Assembly: GCA_964016885.1 (NCBI GenBank)
Contig: OZ024756.1
Coordinates: 6,696,001 to 6,760,000, forward strand
Direction of reading: 5' to 3'
Source of the DNA: Eledone cirrhosa
Lineage: Eukaryota
Length of the DNA: 64,000 nucleotides
Shown here: piece after piece, positions 50,740 to 64,000 of the stretch
Position numbering within the stretch: the stretch's first letter is position 1
Layout: each line of letters starts with the position of its first letter
Position numbers and translations under genes: made by a program
Notes under the pieces: model-generated
Seen by the model: only the letters and a program-made list of their open reading frames with translations
The model's database searches: none
What the model was told of the DNA's origin: nothing

Positions 50740-51750
50740 AGTTTAAGTAAAGAATCGCTGCTTTCAACATTAACGGGATCTTCTGAAACTAAAAAATTCA
50801 ATCTCTGAACGCAGAAGTAAATATTTCGAGAAACGTTGCAACCGAAGGAAAACAGGGAGACGATATTTTGGTTCGTGAAGACGTTCCGTGGTAATGAACG
50901 AAAAAAAAGCGAGGATAATACGTCGTTATGTGGGCTGAGAAGACCAATTTCATGCAAAGACAAGACCAAGTTTATGGTATAAATGGAGTCGTTAGACTAA
51001 TAGTCTATTTAAAATATCCGAATGATTTCTCGCCCCGGAGTTTAAGAATGATGTAAATAAAATTGTAAACGAAAATGATAGAGGTTATTAAAATAGTTGT
51101 TTCTACTTTTGGCACAAGGCCAGCTAATACCCAGTACATTGCTGGTACTTTATTTTATCGAGCCCGTAAGGATGAAAGGCAAAGTTAACCTTGACGGGAT
51201 TTTAACTTTGCCTTAAAATAGTAAAAGTAAATAGTGAAGATTTAGGCCAATACATACGTATGCGCCGACGGACATACATATACATATACATACGCACACA
51301 CAAATACATACACACACACGAACACGCACGCATTTCTACAGTATTTTCACCAAACTTAAGACATATGTTACATATGTACTCCGGATGGTCATGGGCACTT
51401 TCATTTTTCCAGATATTGATTATAGGGCCTCCCGGCAGATAACCCCCTTCAACCACTTCCTTGGAGTCGACTGAAGCACTGCAGTGCAATGCAACAAAAC
51501 GTCATAACTTCTGGAGTTCGCAACCGATTTTCACAAATCTTGGCATATGAGCTACGTTTGTTCTACAGATGAATGTGAACTCTGAGAATTGGCATATATT
51601 CAGTAGGGGACAACTGGGAGTAGGACCCCCTTTTCGAAAAAGCCGATGATTTTGTAAAAGTATAGTTTTCGAAGCAGCACAGAAGTATTGACATAAATAG
51701 TATACATAACTGCTATTTAATGCCCGAGAAACGCCGTGCACCTCTGCTAG
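50740..51750 (+). mobile_element. Non-autonomous Helitron (copy 3) interrupted by a SINE
   Basis: Reverse-complement match to copies 1 and 2; ends ccgagaaacgccgtgcacctctgCTAG|T; 5' end unresolved. Confidence 0.75.
51098..51212 (-). mobile_element. 5'-truncated SINE with 10-bp TSD TTAAAATAGT
   Basis: TSD at 51088-51097 and 51213-51222; site is single-copy in the uninterrupted Helitron. Confidence 0.85.
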
Positions 51751-51842
51751 TATATATATATATATATATATAAATATATATATATTATAAATATATATAT
51801 ATATATATATACAAATGGAAACTATATTTATAAAACCATATT

Positions 51843-51908
51843 TATTTCATTATACATATTTCAAGTGCCACCAAGGCAAATTATGGTGCGCTTTCATCCG
51901 ATAAAATA
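51843..51908 (-). ncRNA. Family B hammerhead with core mutation (CGGAUGA)
   Basis: Inverted partner of 52072-52137. Confidence 0.5.
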
Positions 51909-52071
51909 TAATATAGGTTAGTTTTATAAATAAATATTGACATACCCTGAAAAAATGCAACCATTCAGGGTATACTCTTTTACTCTTTTACCTGTTTCAG
52001 CCATCCAGCTGAGGCTATGCTGGGGCACCGCCCTTGATGTTAATATTTATTTATAAAACTATACTGTATTA

Positions 52072-52137
52072 TATTTTATCTGATGAAAGCGCACCATAAT
52101 TTGCCTTGGTGGCCCTTGAAATATGTATAATGAAATA
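52072..52137 (+). ncRNA. Minimal type I hammerhead ribozyme (family B)
   Basis: tattttat-CTGATGA-aagcgcacca...tggtggccctt-GAAA-tatgtata-atgaaata. Confidence 0.7.
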
Positions 52138-52173
52138 TAGTTTCCATTTGTTAATATATTGTATATTTACTCC

Positions 52174-52236
<63 letters not shown>

Positions 52237-52891
52237 TATAAATTTATATATATATATATTCGACTGGAACAACGTGAGATATGCACAACTATGACTGTGT
52301 GGTTCAAAGTTCGATCTCACGGTTCGATATATTTATGGGCAAAACCAATTCCTTCTGAGAATAAATTTTTAGGCGGAATCTGCGTTAAAATGTGGATTTA
52401 TTTTATTTTATTTTATATTTTGTGTTTTGAAGGGTTGGTTAAGTATTGTTGGTGTTGGTCACATTTGGAGACTGTGGATTATTTAGTAGTAGAGTGTTAT
52501 CTTGTCCAGTGGCCTAAGAGACCACCTGTCAGAACTTTTTCAAACCCCACAATAAGGATACTAAATCTCATTGTTCACGTAAGTTTTTTTTTCAGTCTCT
52601 ACTGTCGAAAGGAGATGGTTTGCATAGCGTTCTCAATCCCAGTACGTGACTGGTACGTTTCTGTATCGACAGAGACTCCAACACATACATACATAAACAA
52701 ATGGCTAAAAAGTACCATACACACACACACATGCACGAAGACATGTATACACACACGCATACAAACATGCACAAATACATATATACACACTTACAAACGT
52801 ATAGATATGTATATACACACACGCACGAAGACATATATATTTATACACACTCACACAGACATGTACATACACACACACATAGATGAACAAA

Positions 52892-52932
<41 letters not shown>

Positions 52933-53294
52933 CCACAAAGACATGTATAGACATATATACACACATATATACACACATATATACACACATATTTACACAC
53001 ATATACACACATATATATGTAAACATATGTACACACACATATATACAGACAATGCCATATATATACACCTATATACACACAACGTCATATATATATACAC
53101 ACATATATACACACAACGCAATGTATATACACACATATATACACACAACGCAATATATATAAACACATATATACACACAACGCAATGTATATAAACACAT
53201 ATATACACACAACGCAATATATATAAACACATATATACACACAACGCAATATATATAAACACATATATACACACAACGCAATATATATATATAT

Positions 53295-53896
53295 GGTGGA
53301 TGCCAACTCGTTTTCGAGTACGGCCACTACTTCATATCCATGTAGGAGAACCCCTACCGATGCGCTGAACGAGTCTGAGTTTTTATTCCAGCCAGCGACT
53401 TGAAAACTCTGGTACAAACACTACACTTGTGACAATTATTGACATATAGTGCTGGGCCCATGGTACCATGTGACGACAAGTGCAGAGAGATCTCCAGATA
53501 TAAAGCAATGCCTGTGCCGTGAAGCTTTTATAGTGAGCAAAGGCACTGCACAAAGCCAGTCCCACTCTCTTAGCCAAGATGATATTTACCAAAAAGAAAA
53601 ACAAGTCAACATCATTGGACACCATCAGGGTTGCAGGTGTTACTTCAGAGTTTTCCTTCTCCTAGAATTCTGCCTTGACAAAAGCTAAGGGGTCATCTAT
53701 CCCGGTGATTTTGGATGGCCATTGACTCTTAAGAGCTCATTTGCCCTTTGACAGGTTTTGTTTTTAGTCCTGCAGGATGTCCAAAGTCACCCACCTCACC
53801 AAGAACCTTGGTGGGGTTGCCAGTTTAGTCGCAAACGACCCGACCATGAGACAGGTTGTAGTACGCTACATGTTACCAGTAGCACCAACTGGTGAA
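53295..53896 (-). mobile_element. Bipartite RTE-derived element, copy 2 (extra 3' fragment at 53917-54072)
   Basis: Reverse-complement match to 41377-41980. Confidence 0.7.
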
Positions 53897-54609
53897 CTGA
53901 TATACATATATATATATGGTGGCTGCCAACTCGTTTTCGAGTACGGCCACTACTTTATATCCACGTAGGAGAACCCCTACCGATGCGCTGAACGAGTGTG
54001 ACTTTTTAGTCCAGCCAGCGACTTGAAAACTCTGGTACAAACACTACACTTGTGACAATTATTGACACATAGTGCCGATTGACACATACACACAACACCA
54101 TATATATACACACATATATACACACAACGCAACATATATATATACACACATATATACACACAACGCAACATATATATATACACACATATATACACACAAC
54201 GCAACATATATATATACACACATATATACACACAACGCCATATATATATACACACATATATATACACACAACCCCATATATACACACAACGCCATATATA
54301 TATACACACATATATTCACAAACTCACATTTCCAGGATGATGTTCCAATTATTTCATGAATGAAACAGCTTGCTAATGAAATTACTGGTATGTAGACAAG
54401 CATTGCACAGACACGTGTATCCTAAATGTAATTCGCAGGGAGATTCAGCATGAATCTGGCCTTCTGAACAGTCTCTGTATATACAATTTCACCCCAGAGG
54501 CTTGGGATGGCCCAAGGATATATAAAATATTTGTCCAAGATGACACGGAGAGAAATCGAGCCCAGGACTCAATGGGGGTGAGGCGAGCTTCTTGATAATC
54601 GGCCATGTT

Positions 54610-55735
54610 GTGTACACATTTGACACACACACATACATACATACACATACACCCATACACACATACACACATACACACATTAGACACACATACATACATA
54701 CGCATACACACATACATACATATACACATACATACATACACATACCTACACACATACATACATACACACATACATTAGACACATATAGACATACACATAT
54801 ACATATACATAAATTAGACACATACACATATATACACATACAGATATACACACACACAAACACACATACACACATACGGATACACACATACATACACACA
54901 TACACACATATAGATACACACATACACGCATGCACACATTAGACACATACACATACACATACAGATATACACATGCACTCGTACAGATGTACACATTAGA
55001 CACACAAACAGATACACACATACACTCACTCAGCACATGCACCCACACACACGCTCGGACACACAGACACACACACGCACCGAGACACATGCAAACACAC
55101 ACTCACAAACGCGCAGACAAACACACGTACATACGCACACGCACACATGTACGGACACACACACAGACACACGCACACGCATACACAAACAAACACACGC
55201 ACAGACACACGGACACACACAAACACACACATGCACACACACACAGACACAGACACATACATACAGAGAGACACACGCGCGCATACACGCACATACACAC
55301 ACAGACACAGACGCACAGACACACACACACGCGCACACAGGCACAGACACACACAAACAGACACATACAAACACACAGAGGCACACTCACGCATAGACAC
55401 ACACATAGACACACACACATACACACATATACACACACGCACACACACACACACACACACACTCACGCGCACAAACACACAGAGAGACACACGCGCACAC
55501 ACACACACATACACACACACGCACATACACACACACTCACAAACACACACACACACACAAACACACAGTGAAACACACGCGCACACACACGCACATACAC
55601 ACACACAAACACACAGTGAAACACACGCACACACACACGCACATACACACACACAGTCACACACACTCACACACACTCACTACACACACTACACACACAC
55701 ACACGGTCACACACACACACAGACACACACACACA
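54610..55735. repeat. (CA)n-rich tract
   Basis: Direct reading. Confidence 0.9.
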
Positions 55736-56586
55736 GAGGCAAGATGACTGGTATAATAGCGAAGACATCATTCCACTTCTAAACGTTGAATTGATTAGTG
55801 GAATATGTCGGGAGAGTTGATCTATTCAAGCAAATAAATACATAAATACACATGTAAATCGTTAACTATGGTCGGCTTATAGATTGTCGTCTGCTCCAGA
55901 CGCAATCCGGATACCGCCATTGCAAATGAGAAAATTCCTTACTCAAGTTATGCAGAACGCCTTTGCACGTTTTCTGCCAAGTCGTGCGAACAATTTTTTC
56001 CCCTACACATCTGATAGATTAACAGATATACTAAAAACTGTGTACTTCAGTCCTTTTCACTGTCCATTCTCGACATGTACGCGGGAGAAATAGTACAATT
56101 TTCCTCCTAATTTCTTTATGATTTCCATCTTACATTTTATATATCTATTCGTTTTTAATTTCGACCAATAATGGGTTTGATATTCGAAACGGTTATTTTC
56201 CACTTGGATGCCTGTTATTTCGTCTAGAAAATCGTATCACTTTATTGATTGCTGATGGTTCTGGCTGTAGGTGTAAACACACAAATTTAGAAAACTGTTC
56301 ATTCCTTCATTCCGACATCATTCCGTCATCATTCCATCACATTAGCAACGAACATGGCCGACAATAAGACAATTAGTTACATATACTTGCCTATACATAC
56401 ATTTATATTCACATTTATATTCATGTGTGTACATAAATGTACACTTACGTACGTACATACATGTATAGATATATATGCATTTATGTATGTAAATATATAT
56501 ATATATATATATAACGAAGGAAATGTGGTAAGGAACCAGATGGACCATAACGCACCAAAGTACTCAATACTTAGGGTATACTCGTT

Positions 56587-56632
<46 letters not shown>

Positions 56633-56689
56633 ACACTTACATACATACATGCATACATACATATACATACATGTATAAATATATATGCA

Positions 56690-57045
56690 GAAGTTATAAT
56701 TAATTTGTTGGGATTCAACAAGCTTAAATGTTTTATAACTGATATAAAGCACTCAACAGTGGTTGGAGTAAATATTCAATATATTAATAAATGGAAACTA
56801 TATTTATAAAACTATAATTATTTTATTATATATATTTCAAGGGCAACCAAGGCAGTTTGGGGGCGCTTTCAGCGAACCTTCAAACGTTAAGGTTGTTTTT
56901 CTACGGGTATGTCAACATTTATAAAACACATTTTTTATTTTATCTGATGAAAGCGCACCAAAACTGGCTTGGTTGCCCTTAAAATATATATAATAAAATA
57001 ATTATGGTTTTATAAATATAGTTTCCATTTATTAATATATTGTAT
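56690..57045. mobile_element. Family B inverted module with decayed hammerheads (56936-57000 on +, GAAA changed to AAAA)
   Basis: 56778-56872 is the reverse complement of 56947-57042. Confidence 0.65.
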
Positions 57046-57119
57046 AAATATATATGTATTTATGCATGTAAATATGTATATATATGTGTGTGTGTGTGTG
57101 TATATATATATATCAGAGG

Positions 57120-57290
57120 ATAATTGTTTCTACATTTGGCACCAGGCCAGCAATATCCAGTGCATTACTGGTACCGTAAGGATGAAAGGCAAAGTTAGCC
57201 TCGACGGTATTTGAACTCAGACCGTAAAGGGACATAACTATGCTGGAAAGCATGGCGTCCGACCCTCTACCGATACTGCCAATCCACCGC
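57120..57290 (-). mobile_element. tRNA-derived SINE
   Basis: Family match. Confidence 0.88.
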
Positions 57291-57736
57291 AGACGATAAT
57301 AAGGGGTAGACAGATATATCATAACTAACTCATGACGCAATCTAACGAAACTTCATATGACCTTCTCATATAACCCATTTGGTACCAGACCTCCCAAAAC
57401 TTCCTCCTGTTTTAAAACACTAAGTTGTAGTGAAAGAGAAATAGAAGCTTTCGCCGTAAAATTGACTAAATACTATAGTCAAATAATGGGGCATATGAAC
57501 GAAAAAATATGGACACATTCTTTAGTCAATGTTAGGGTAAATTTCTATTTCAATTCAAAACATACTATCTTAAATTGTTCATAGTTAATCATTTGATAAC
57601 TGATCTCCTATTCCAAAACCACCTTGGATTTTATAACACTCAGCTCTATATTTTTAATTCGTCATGGTTATCTAAAGATTTTCCCCATGGTTCTATAAAA
57701 CACTTGTGTTAGGGTATGCTCCAGATAACTAGTTTA

Positions 57737-57925
57737 ATAATTGTTTCTAGTTTTGGCACAAGGCCAGCAATTAGCCCAGTATATTACTGGTACTTTATTT
57801 TATCGACATCATCAGGATGAAAGGCAAATTTAACCTCGGCGGGATTTAAACTCAGACCATAAAGGGCCGTAACTCTTTGCTGCAAAGCATGGCGTCCAAG
57901 CCTCAACCGATACTGCCAATCCACA
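57737..57925 (-). mobile_element. tRNA-derived SINE
   Basis: Family match. Confidence 0.88.
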
Positions 57926-58267
57926 GACCTAGGAAGGTTGTTATATTACAAAATCTCTTCGAATTCTTGATTATTTTCGAAATAATTTGAAAATCATAAG
58001 CAATAAAGTGTTATATGAAATATGGTAATGAAAGGGTTAAAATGTATTTTTATGAAAATCGCAATTCCAAGAGCACGTTTCTGAAGAGCAGACGTGCTGA
58101 TGTAAGGTGTTCTATTTCTGCCTATATGAACACTGCACATTAGTCGATCATTGAGGCACCGTTGTATTAGATCTGACTGACTGAGTAATAAATGTATAAA
58201 CAACCTGATTGTAACGTATTGGAGGGGGCGTGGGATTGTAAAGTAGCTGTTGGTTGGGGGGGTGTTA

Positions 58268-58301
<34 letters not shown>

Positions 58302-59349
58302 TAGTTTGGAGGTGTGTGTGTTAGTTTGTGTGTGTGTGTGGTATTTTGGGTGTGTGTGTGTGTGTGTGTGTGTGTTAGTTTGGAGGTGTGTGTGTGTATT
58401 AGTTTGGAGGTTTGTGTGTGTTAGTTTGGAGGTGTGAGTGTGTGTTAGTTAGGAGGTGTGTGTGTGTGTTAGTTTGCAGGTGTGTGTGTACTTGTATCAT
58501 AGAATGTGTCAGTTTGGGTAGGAGGTAGGTTAAGGCCATTCCTTTAACAAGCGTGGATTACTTTTACATTTGTTTCTTAACAAAAACGTTTCCTTTGGTT
58601 TAAGGTGAACACCTCCAGAGAAGAAACCCTCCATTGGTTGACAATTGACGCGACAATTTAAGACGTATGAACAAATTCTGAACGCATACAGACTCATTCT
58701 ATGTTCTGCCAGGGAAAGCACCCAAATTCCTTTTAAGGGCCGCCAGTGAACGCATACCAAGTCTTTTTAAGGGCTACATGTGAACGCACACAAGGACCTT
58801 TTTAAGGCCCCCTCATGAAATTGTTGATGGTGACCACAATAGTAACTCCGAAGCGTTCGGCATCCGATATAACAGTTCGGTCTATATCAGATTGAGTAGA
58901 TTTACGAAGAGGCTACGGTCTCCTGTGGGGAAGGCCCAACATGCCGTGTGGTTGCATGACATGTCTTACTCAAGCATTGCAGGCTTTACTCTGTACAGTA
59001 TGCAGCATGCAGGTGCAATAGACATAACTGATGATGTCTGTCCAGATGACTGGGTGCGAATCTATAAAACTCGAAATGTACCTAACCGATATTCTCCAAA
59101 TGGAAGAAAAATCATACTCTAAGATTTAGTACGCTAAAAGGGTATCCAGCTGATTTTCTTCAGATTTTGCACATGCATGCAAATGTTTCACGCTTCTACG
59201 TTTCCATTATATGAACAATCATTCCCCGAGAATAAGGGAATTCAAAAAGTACACAGCTACATTCCTCAATCTTTGCATATGCGGGTTGCTATTTCACCTT
59301 TCCTACCCCGTGCAACCCCGGGTCCTGCTTATTGTTATAATATTGCCAG

Positions 59350-59738
59350 AAATAATTGTTTCTACATTTGGCAGAAGGCCAGCAATTACCCAGTGCATTA
59401 CTGGTACTTTATTTTATCGACCCCGTAAGGATGAAAGGCAAAGTTAACCTAGGCGGGATTTGAACTTATAATGGCAAGGGCCGTAACTCTATGCATCAAA
59501 GCATGGCGTCCAACCCTCTACCGATACTGCCAATTCTATAATATTGTCAGAAATAATTGTTTCTACATTTGGCACAAGGCCAGCAATTACCCAGTGCATT
59601 ACTGGTACTTTATTTTATCGACCCCGTAAGGATGAAAGGTAAAGTTAAACTCGACGGGATTTGATCTCAGACCGTAAAGCGACATAACTATGCTGGAAAG
59701 CATGGCGTCCGACCCTCTACCGATACTGCCAATCCGCC
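59350..59738 (-). mobile_element. Two tandem tRNA-derived SINEs
   Basis: Copies near 59350-59535 and 59552-59738; flanking g(c/t)cagaaataat occurs three times. Confidence 0.9.
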
Positions 59739-59933
59739 AGAAATAATAACAAAACACACTCACTGTATGGTTTGGGTTGGTTTTCGCTTCTGTACATTTT
59801 ATATCTCCATAGTTAATTTATCTGGCAATGAATATTTATCATTGATTGACCAACGGTTAAAAATACAGATATAAATATATATATATATATATATTTCGAT
59901 TCTGAATTTGGCAACATGACCCTCCCAAAGCAT

Positions 59934-60001
<68 letters not shown>

Positions 60002-60209
60002 ATACTTTGGAAGGGGGTTTCAACACACGTTTTCAAATAAAGAATCTTGGTAAACAAATTTAGAAATAAAAAATATATATATATATATGTATATATAATT
60101 GGATATTTAGTAAAATCGAATCTCTGGCGGTTTTGCAAGCAGATTCGGCCTACTTATGAGGTGATGAATTAGCAAAGCACTCGATAAGTTAGGTCCTTAG
60201 AGTAATAAC

Positions 60210-60394
60210 TGTTTCTATTTTAGGCACAAGGCCAGCAATTAACCAGTGCATTACTGGTACGTTATTTTATCCACCCCGTAAGGATGAAAGGCAAAGTCAA
60301 CCTGGGCGGGATTTGAACTCAGATCGTAAAGGGACGTAACTATGCTGGAAAGCATGGCGTCCGACCCTCTACTGATACTGCCAATCCACCGCCC
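60210..60394 (-). mobile_element. Full-length SINE with TSD (cc)ttagagtaataac
   Basis: Direct repeat at 60195-60209 and 60393-60407. Confidence 0.92.
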
Positions 60395-60525
60395 TTAGAG
60401 TAATAACATTTAACGTTTAAATAGCTTGACAAATCTAACATTGTGGTAGGCAAAATCTAACCCACAATAACATACCAAAGTAACGATAGAACTAACAGGT
60501 TGAGAAAAAAAAATATATATAGTCT

Positions 60526-60568
60526 ATCAAAGTTCTTTCGTCACACATCTGTGACATCATCAGTGGTA
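60526..60568 (-). ncRNA. Minimal type I hammerhead ribozyme (family D-like)
   Basis: Reverse complement: tacca-CTGATGA-tgtcaca gatg tgtgac-GAAA-gaactt-tgata; weak stem I. Confidence 0.55.
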
Positions 60569-60659
60569 CCATTATATTTCCTCCTGTTATATTTTAATGT
60601 CTACACCATTTTTATTTAATTTCTATATTTAATTTATTTGATGATGATGAAGATAAGGA

Positions 60660-60660
60660 G

Positions 60661-60709
<49 letters not shown>

Positions 60710-60770
60710 ATTATACTACTACTACTACTACTACTACTACTACGACTACTACTACTACTACTACTAATTA

Positions 60771-60841
<71 letters not shown>

Positions 60842-60901
60842 CTACTATACTGCTACTACTACTACTACTACTACTACACTGCTACTACTACTACTACTAC
60901 C

Positions 60902-60933
<32 letters not shown>

Positions 60934-60937
60934 TACC

Positions 60938-60983
<46 letters not shown>

Positions 60984-61020
60984 TTACTGCTGCTGCTGCT
61001 ACTACACTGCTACTACTAAA

Positions 61021-61083
<63 letters not shown>

Positions 61084-61108
61084 GCTGCTACTACCACTAC
61101 CACTACTA

Positions 61109-61178
<70 letters not shown>

Positions 61179-61234
61179 CACTACTACTACTACTACTATT
61201 ACTACTACTACTACTAATACTACTACTACCACTA

Positions 61235-61277
<43 letters not shown>

Positions 61278-61278
61278 G

Positions 61279-61329
<51 letters not shown>

Positions 61330-61347
61330 GCTACTACCACTACTATC
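60660..61347. repeat. (CTA/CTG)n trinucleotide tract
   Basis: Direct reading. Confidence 0.95.
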
Positions 61348-61447
61348 TGGAGGGGAGGGTAGATGTGTAATGGAAGTCAGTAATAGTAGTTTAAACGTTG
61401 GTGGAATACTGGGGATTAATTCTGGGAATAATGAATGTAACGGAACT

Positions 61448-62830
61448 AACACACACACACACATCAACACACATACATTCATAAATACACACACACATCA
61501 ACACACATACACTCATAAATACACACACACACACATCAACATACACATCAACACACACATACACTTATAAATACACACACACATCAACACACATACACTC
61601 ATAAATACACACACACACACATCAACATACACATCAACACACACATACACTTATAAATACACACACACACATCAACATACACATCAACCCACACATACAC
61701 TTATAAATACGCACACACATCAACACACATACACTCATAAATACACACACACACACATCAACATACACATCAACACACACATACACTTATAAATACACAC
61801 ACACACACATCAACATACACATCAACCCACACATACACTTATAAATACGCACACACATCAACACACATACACTCATAAATACACACACACACACATCAAC
61901 ATACACATCAACACACACATACACTTATAAATACACACACATATCAACACACATACACTCATAAATACACACACACACATCAGCATACACATCAACCCAC
62001 ACATACACTTATAAATACACACACACACACATAAACACACACACATAAATAAACATACACTTACAAATACACACACACACACACTTCAACACACATACAC
62101 TTAAACATACACACACACACATCAACACACATACACTTATAAATACACACACATACACATCAACACACATACACCTATAAATACACAAACACACATCATC
62201 ACACTCACATAAACTTATAAATACACACACACAGACATCAACACACATACACTTATAAATACACACACACACTTCAACACACATACACTTAAACATACAC
62301 ACACACACATCAACACACATACACAGATAAATACACACACACACACATCAACACACATACACTTATAAACACACACACATCAACACGCATACACATATAA
62401 ATACACACACATACATCAACACACACATCAACACACATACAATGATAGATATACACACACACACATCAACACACATACACTTATAAACACACACACATCA
62501 ACACACATACACATCAACACATACACTTATAAACACACACATCAACACATACAATTATAACTACACACACACACACATCAACACACATACACTATAAATA
62601 CACAAACACACATCAACACACACACATACACTTATAAATACACACACACACACATCAACACACATACACTTATAAATACACACACACACACATCAACACA
62701 CATACATTTATAAATACACACACACACATAAACACACACACCTGAACACACATGTATTTATAAATACACACACACACTTGAACACACATACACTTATAGA
62801 TAAACACACACACACACACACACACATAAA
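61448..62830. repeat. CA-rich minisatellite (CATCAACACACATACACTTATAAATA)
   Basis: Direct reading. Confidence 0.92.
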
Positions 62831-63224
62831 CAGACAGAGAAAGAGAAAAGAGAGAGAGAGAGAGAGAGAGAGGGAGGAACGAGAGAGGGGGAGCGAAAGA
62901 GAGAGCGGAGCGAAAGAGAGAGCGGAGCGAAAGAGAGAGCGGAGCGAAAATAAGACAGAGAGAGAGGGGGAGACACAAGGAAGAGAGAGGAGAGAAGCGA
63001 GAGCGGGGGGGGGGACGATGGAGAGGAATAGTGAGAGAGAGAGAGGGAGAGAGACATTTTCTAATTACTACCACCTACGGATCTCAATACTAAGGGCTTT
63101 GGTTTCCTTGGTGATGACACCCCTCTCGGCAATTGCTCTTTTGCTCTTCATTATATTCCACAGAATTTCAAATCTTAAACCTTTTGGCAAAAGTAACCAG
63201 CCATTAGTGAAATTATTGAATTAG

Positions 63225-64000
63225 GTGTGTGTGTTAGTTTGGGTGTGTGTGTTTGTGTTAGTTTGTGTGTGTGTGTGTGTGTATGTGTGTGTGTGTGTTA
63301 GTTTGGGTGTGTGTGTATGTGTTAGTTTGGGTGTGTGTGTATGTGTTAGTTTGGGTGTGTGTGTATGTGTTCGTTTGTGTCTGTGTGTGTGTCTGTATTA
63401 GTTTGTGTGTGTGTGTGTTAGTTTGGGTGTGTGTGTATGTGTTAGTTTGGGTGTGTGTGTGTTAGTTTGTGTGTGTGTGTGTGGTATTTTGGGTGTGTGT
63501 GTTTTAGTTTGGGGTGTGTGGTATTTTGGGTGTGTGTGTTTTAGTTTGGGGTGTCTGTGAGAGAGCTAGTTTGGAAGTGCTTGTGTGTGTGTGTGTGTGT
63601 GTTTGTGAGTTTATGTGTGTGTGTGCTTGTTTGAGTGTGTGTGTGTGAGTTAGTTTGGAGGTGTGTGTGAGTTAGTTTGGAGATGTGTGTGTGTGTTAGT
63701 TTGGAAGTGTGTGTGTGTGTTACTTTGGAAGTGTGTATGTGTGTGTGTTAGTTTGGAGGTGTGTGCGTGTGTGTTAGTTTGGAGGTGTGTGTGTGTTAGT
63801 TTGGAGGTGTGTGTTAGTTTGGACGTGTGTGTGTTTGTGTTAGTTTGGAGGTGTGTGCGTGTGTGTTAGTTTGGAGGTTTGTGTGTGTGTTTGTGTGTGT
63901 TAGTTTGGAGGTGTATGTGTGAGTTAGTTTGGAGGTGTGAGCGTGTGTGTTAGTTTGGAGGTGTGAGTGTGTGTTAGTTAGGTGTGTGTGTGTGTTAGTT
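63225..64000. repeat. TG-rich minisatellite (GTTAGTTTGGAGGTGTGT), same motif as 58260-58490
   Basis: Direct reading. Confidence 0.9.

Noticed and set aside
60638-61570. 310-aa poly-Leu and 206-aa poly-Ser ORFs
   Set aside because: Artefact of the (CTA)n tract

Overview
Repeat-dominated, AT-rich eukaryotic DNA. The SINE families and extreme microsatellite load suggest an octopod cephalopod (inference). Nearly all long ORFs in the track are translations of (TG)n, (TA)n, (GGT)n or (CTA)n tracts. Real coding signal is limited to retrotransposon remnants (an RTE-type RT ORF with FADD, a CR1/L2-type 3' end, a CRE-type RLE 3' end) and one candidate signal-peptide first exon of a minus-strand host gene (2138-2234). 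The window also holds more than 20 tRNA-derived SINE copies, three non-autonomous Helitrons, a bipartite RTE-derived element and many minisatellites. The main hidden structure is about 18 intact or decayed minimal type I hammerhead-ribozyme motifs (CUGANGA...GAAA, often with a palindromic stem III) from at least six sequence families. They sit in Penelope-pLTR/retrozyme-like modules inserted in (TA)n tracts, often as inverted pairs. One family shows a terminally redundant ~412-nt monomer whose inversion breakpoints fall at the predicted self-cleavage site. A CRISPR-looking array at 16.2-18.8 kb is a chain of AG|GT splice-like junctions. Coordinates were read by eye and repeat ends are approximate.
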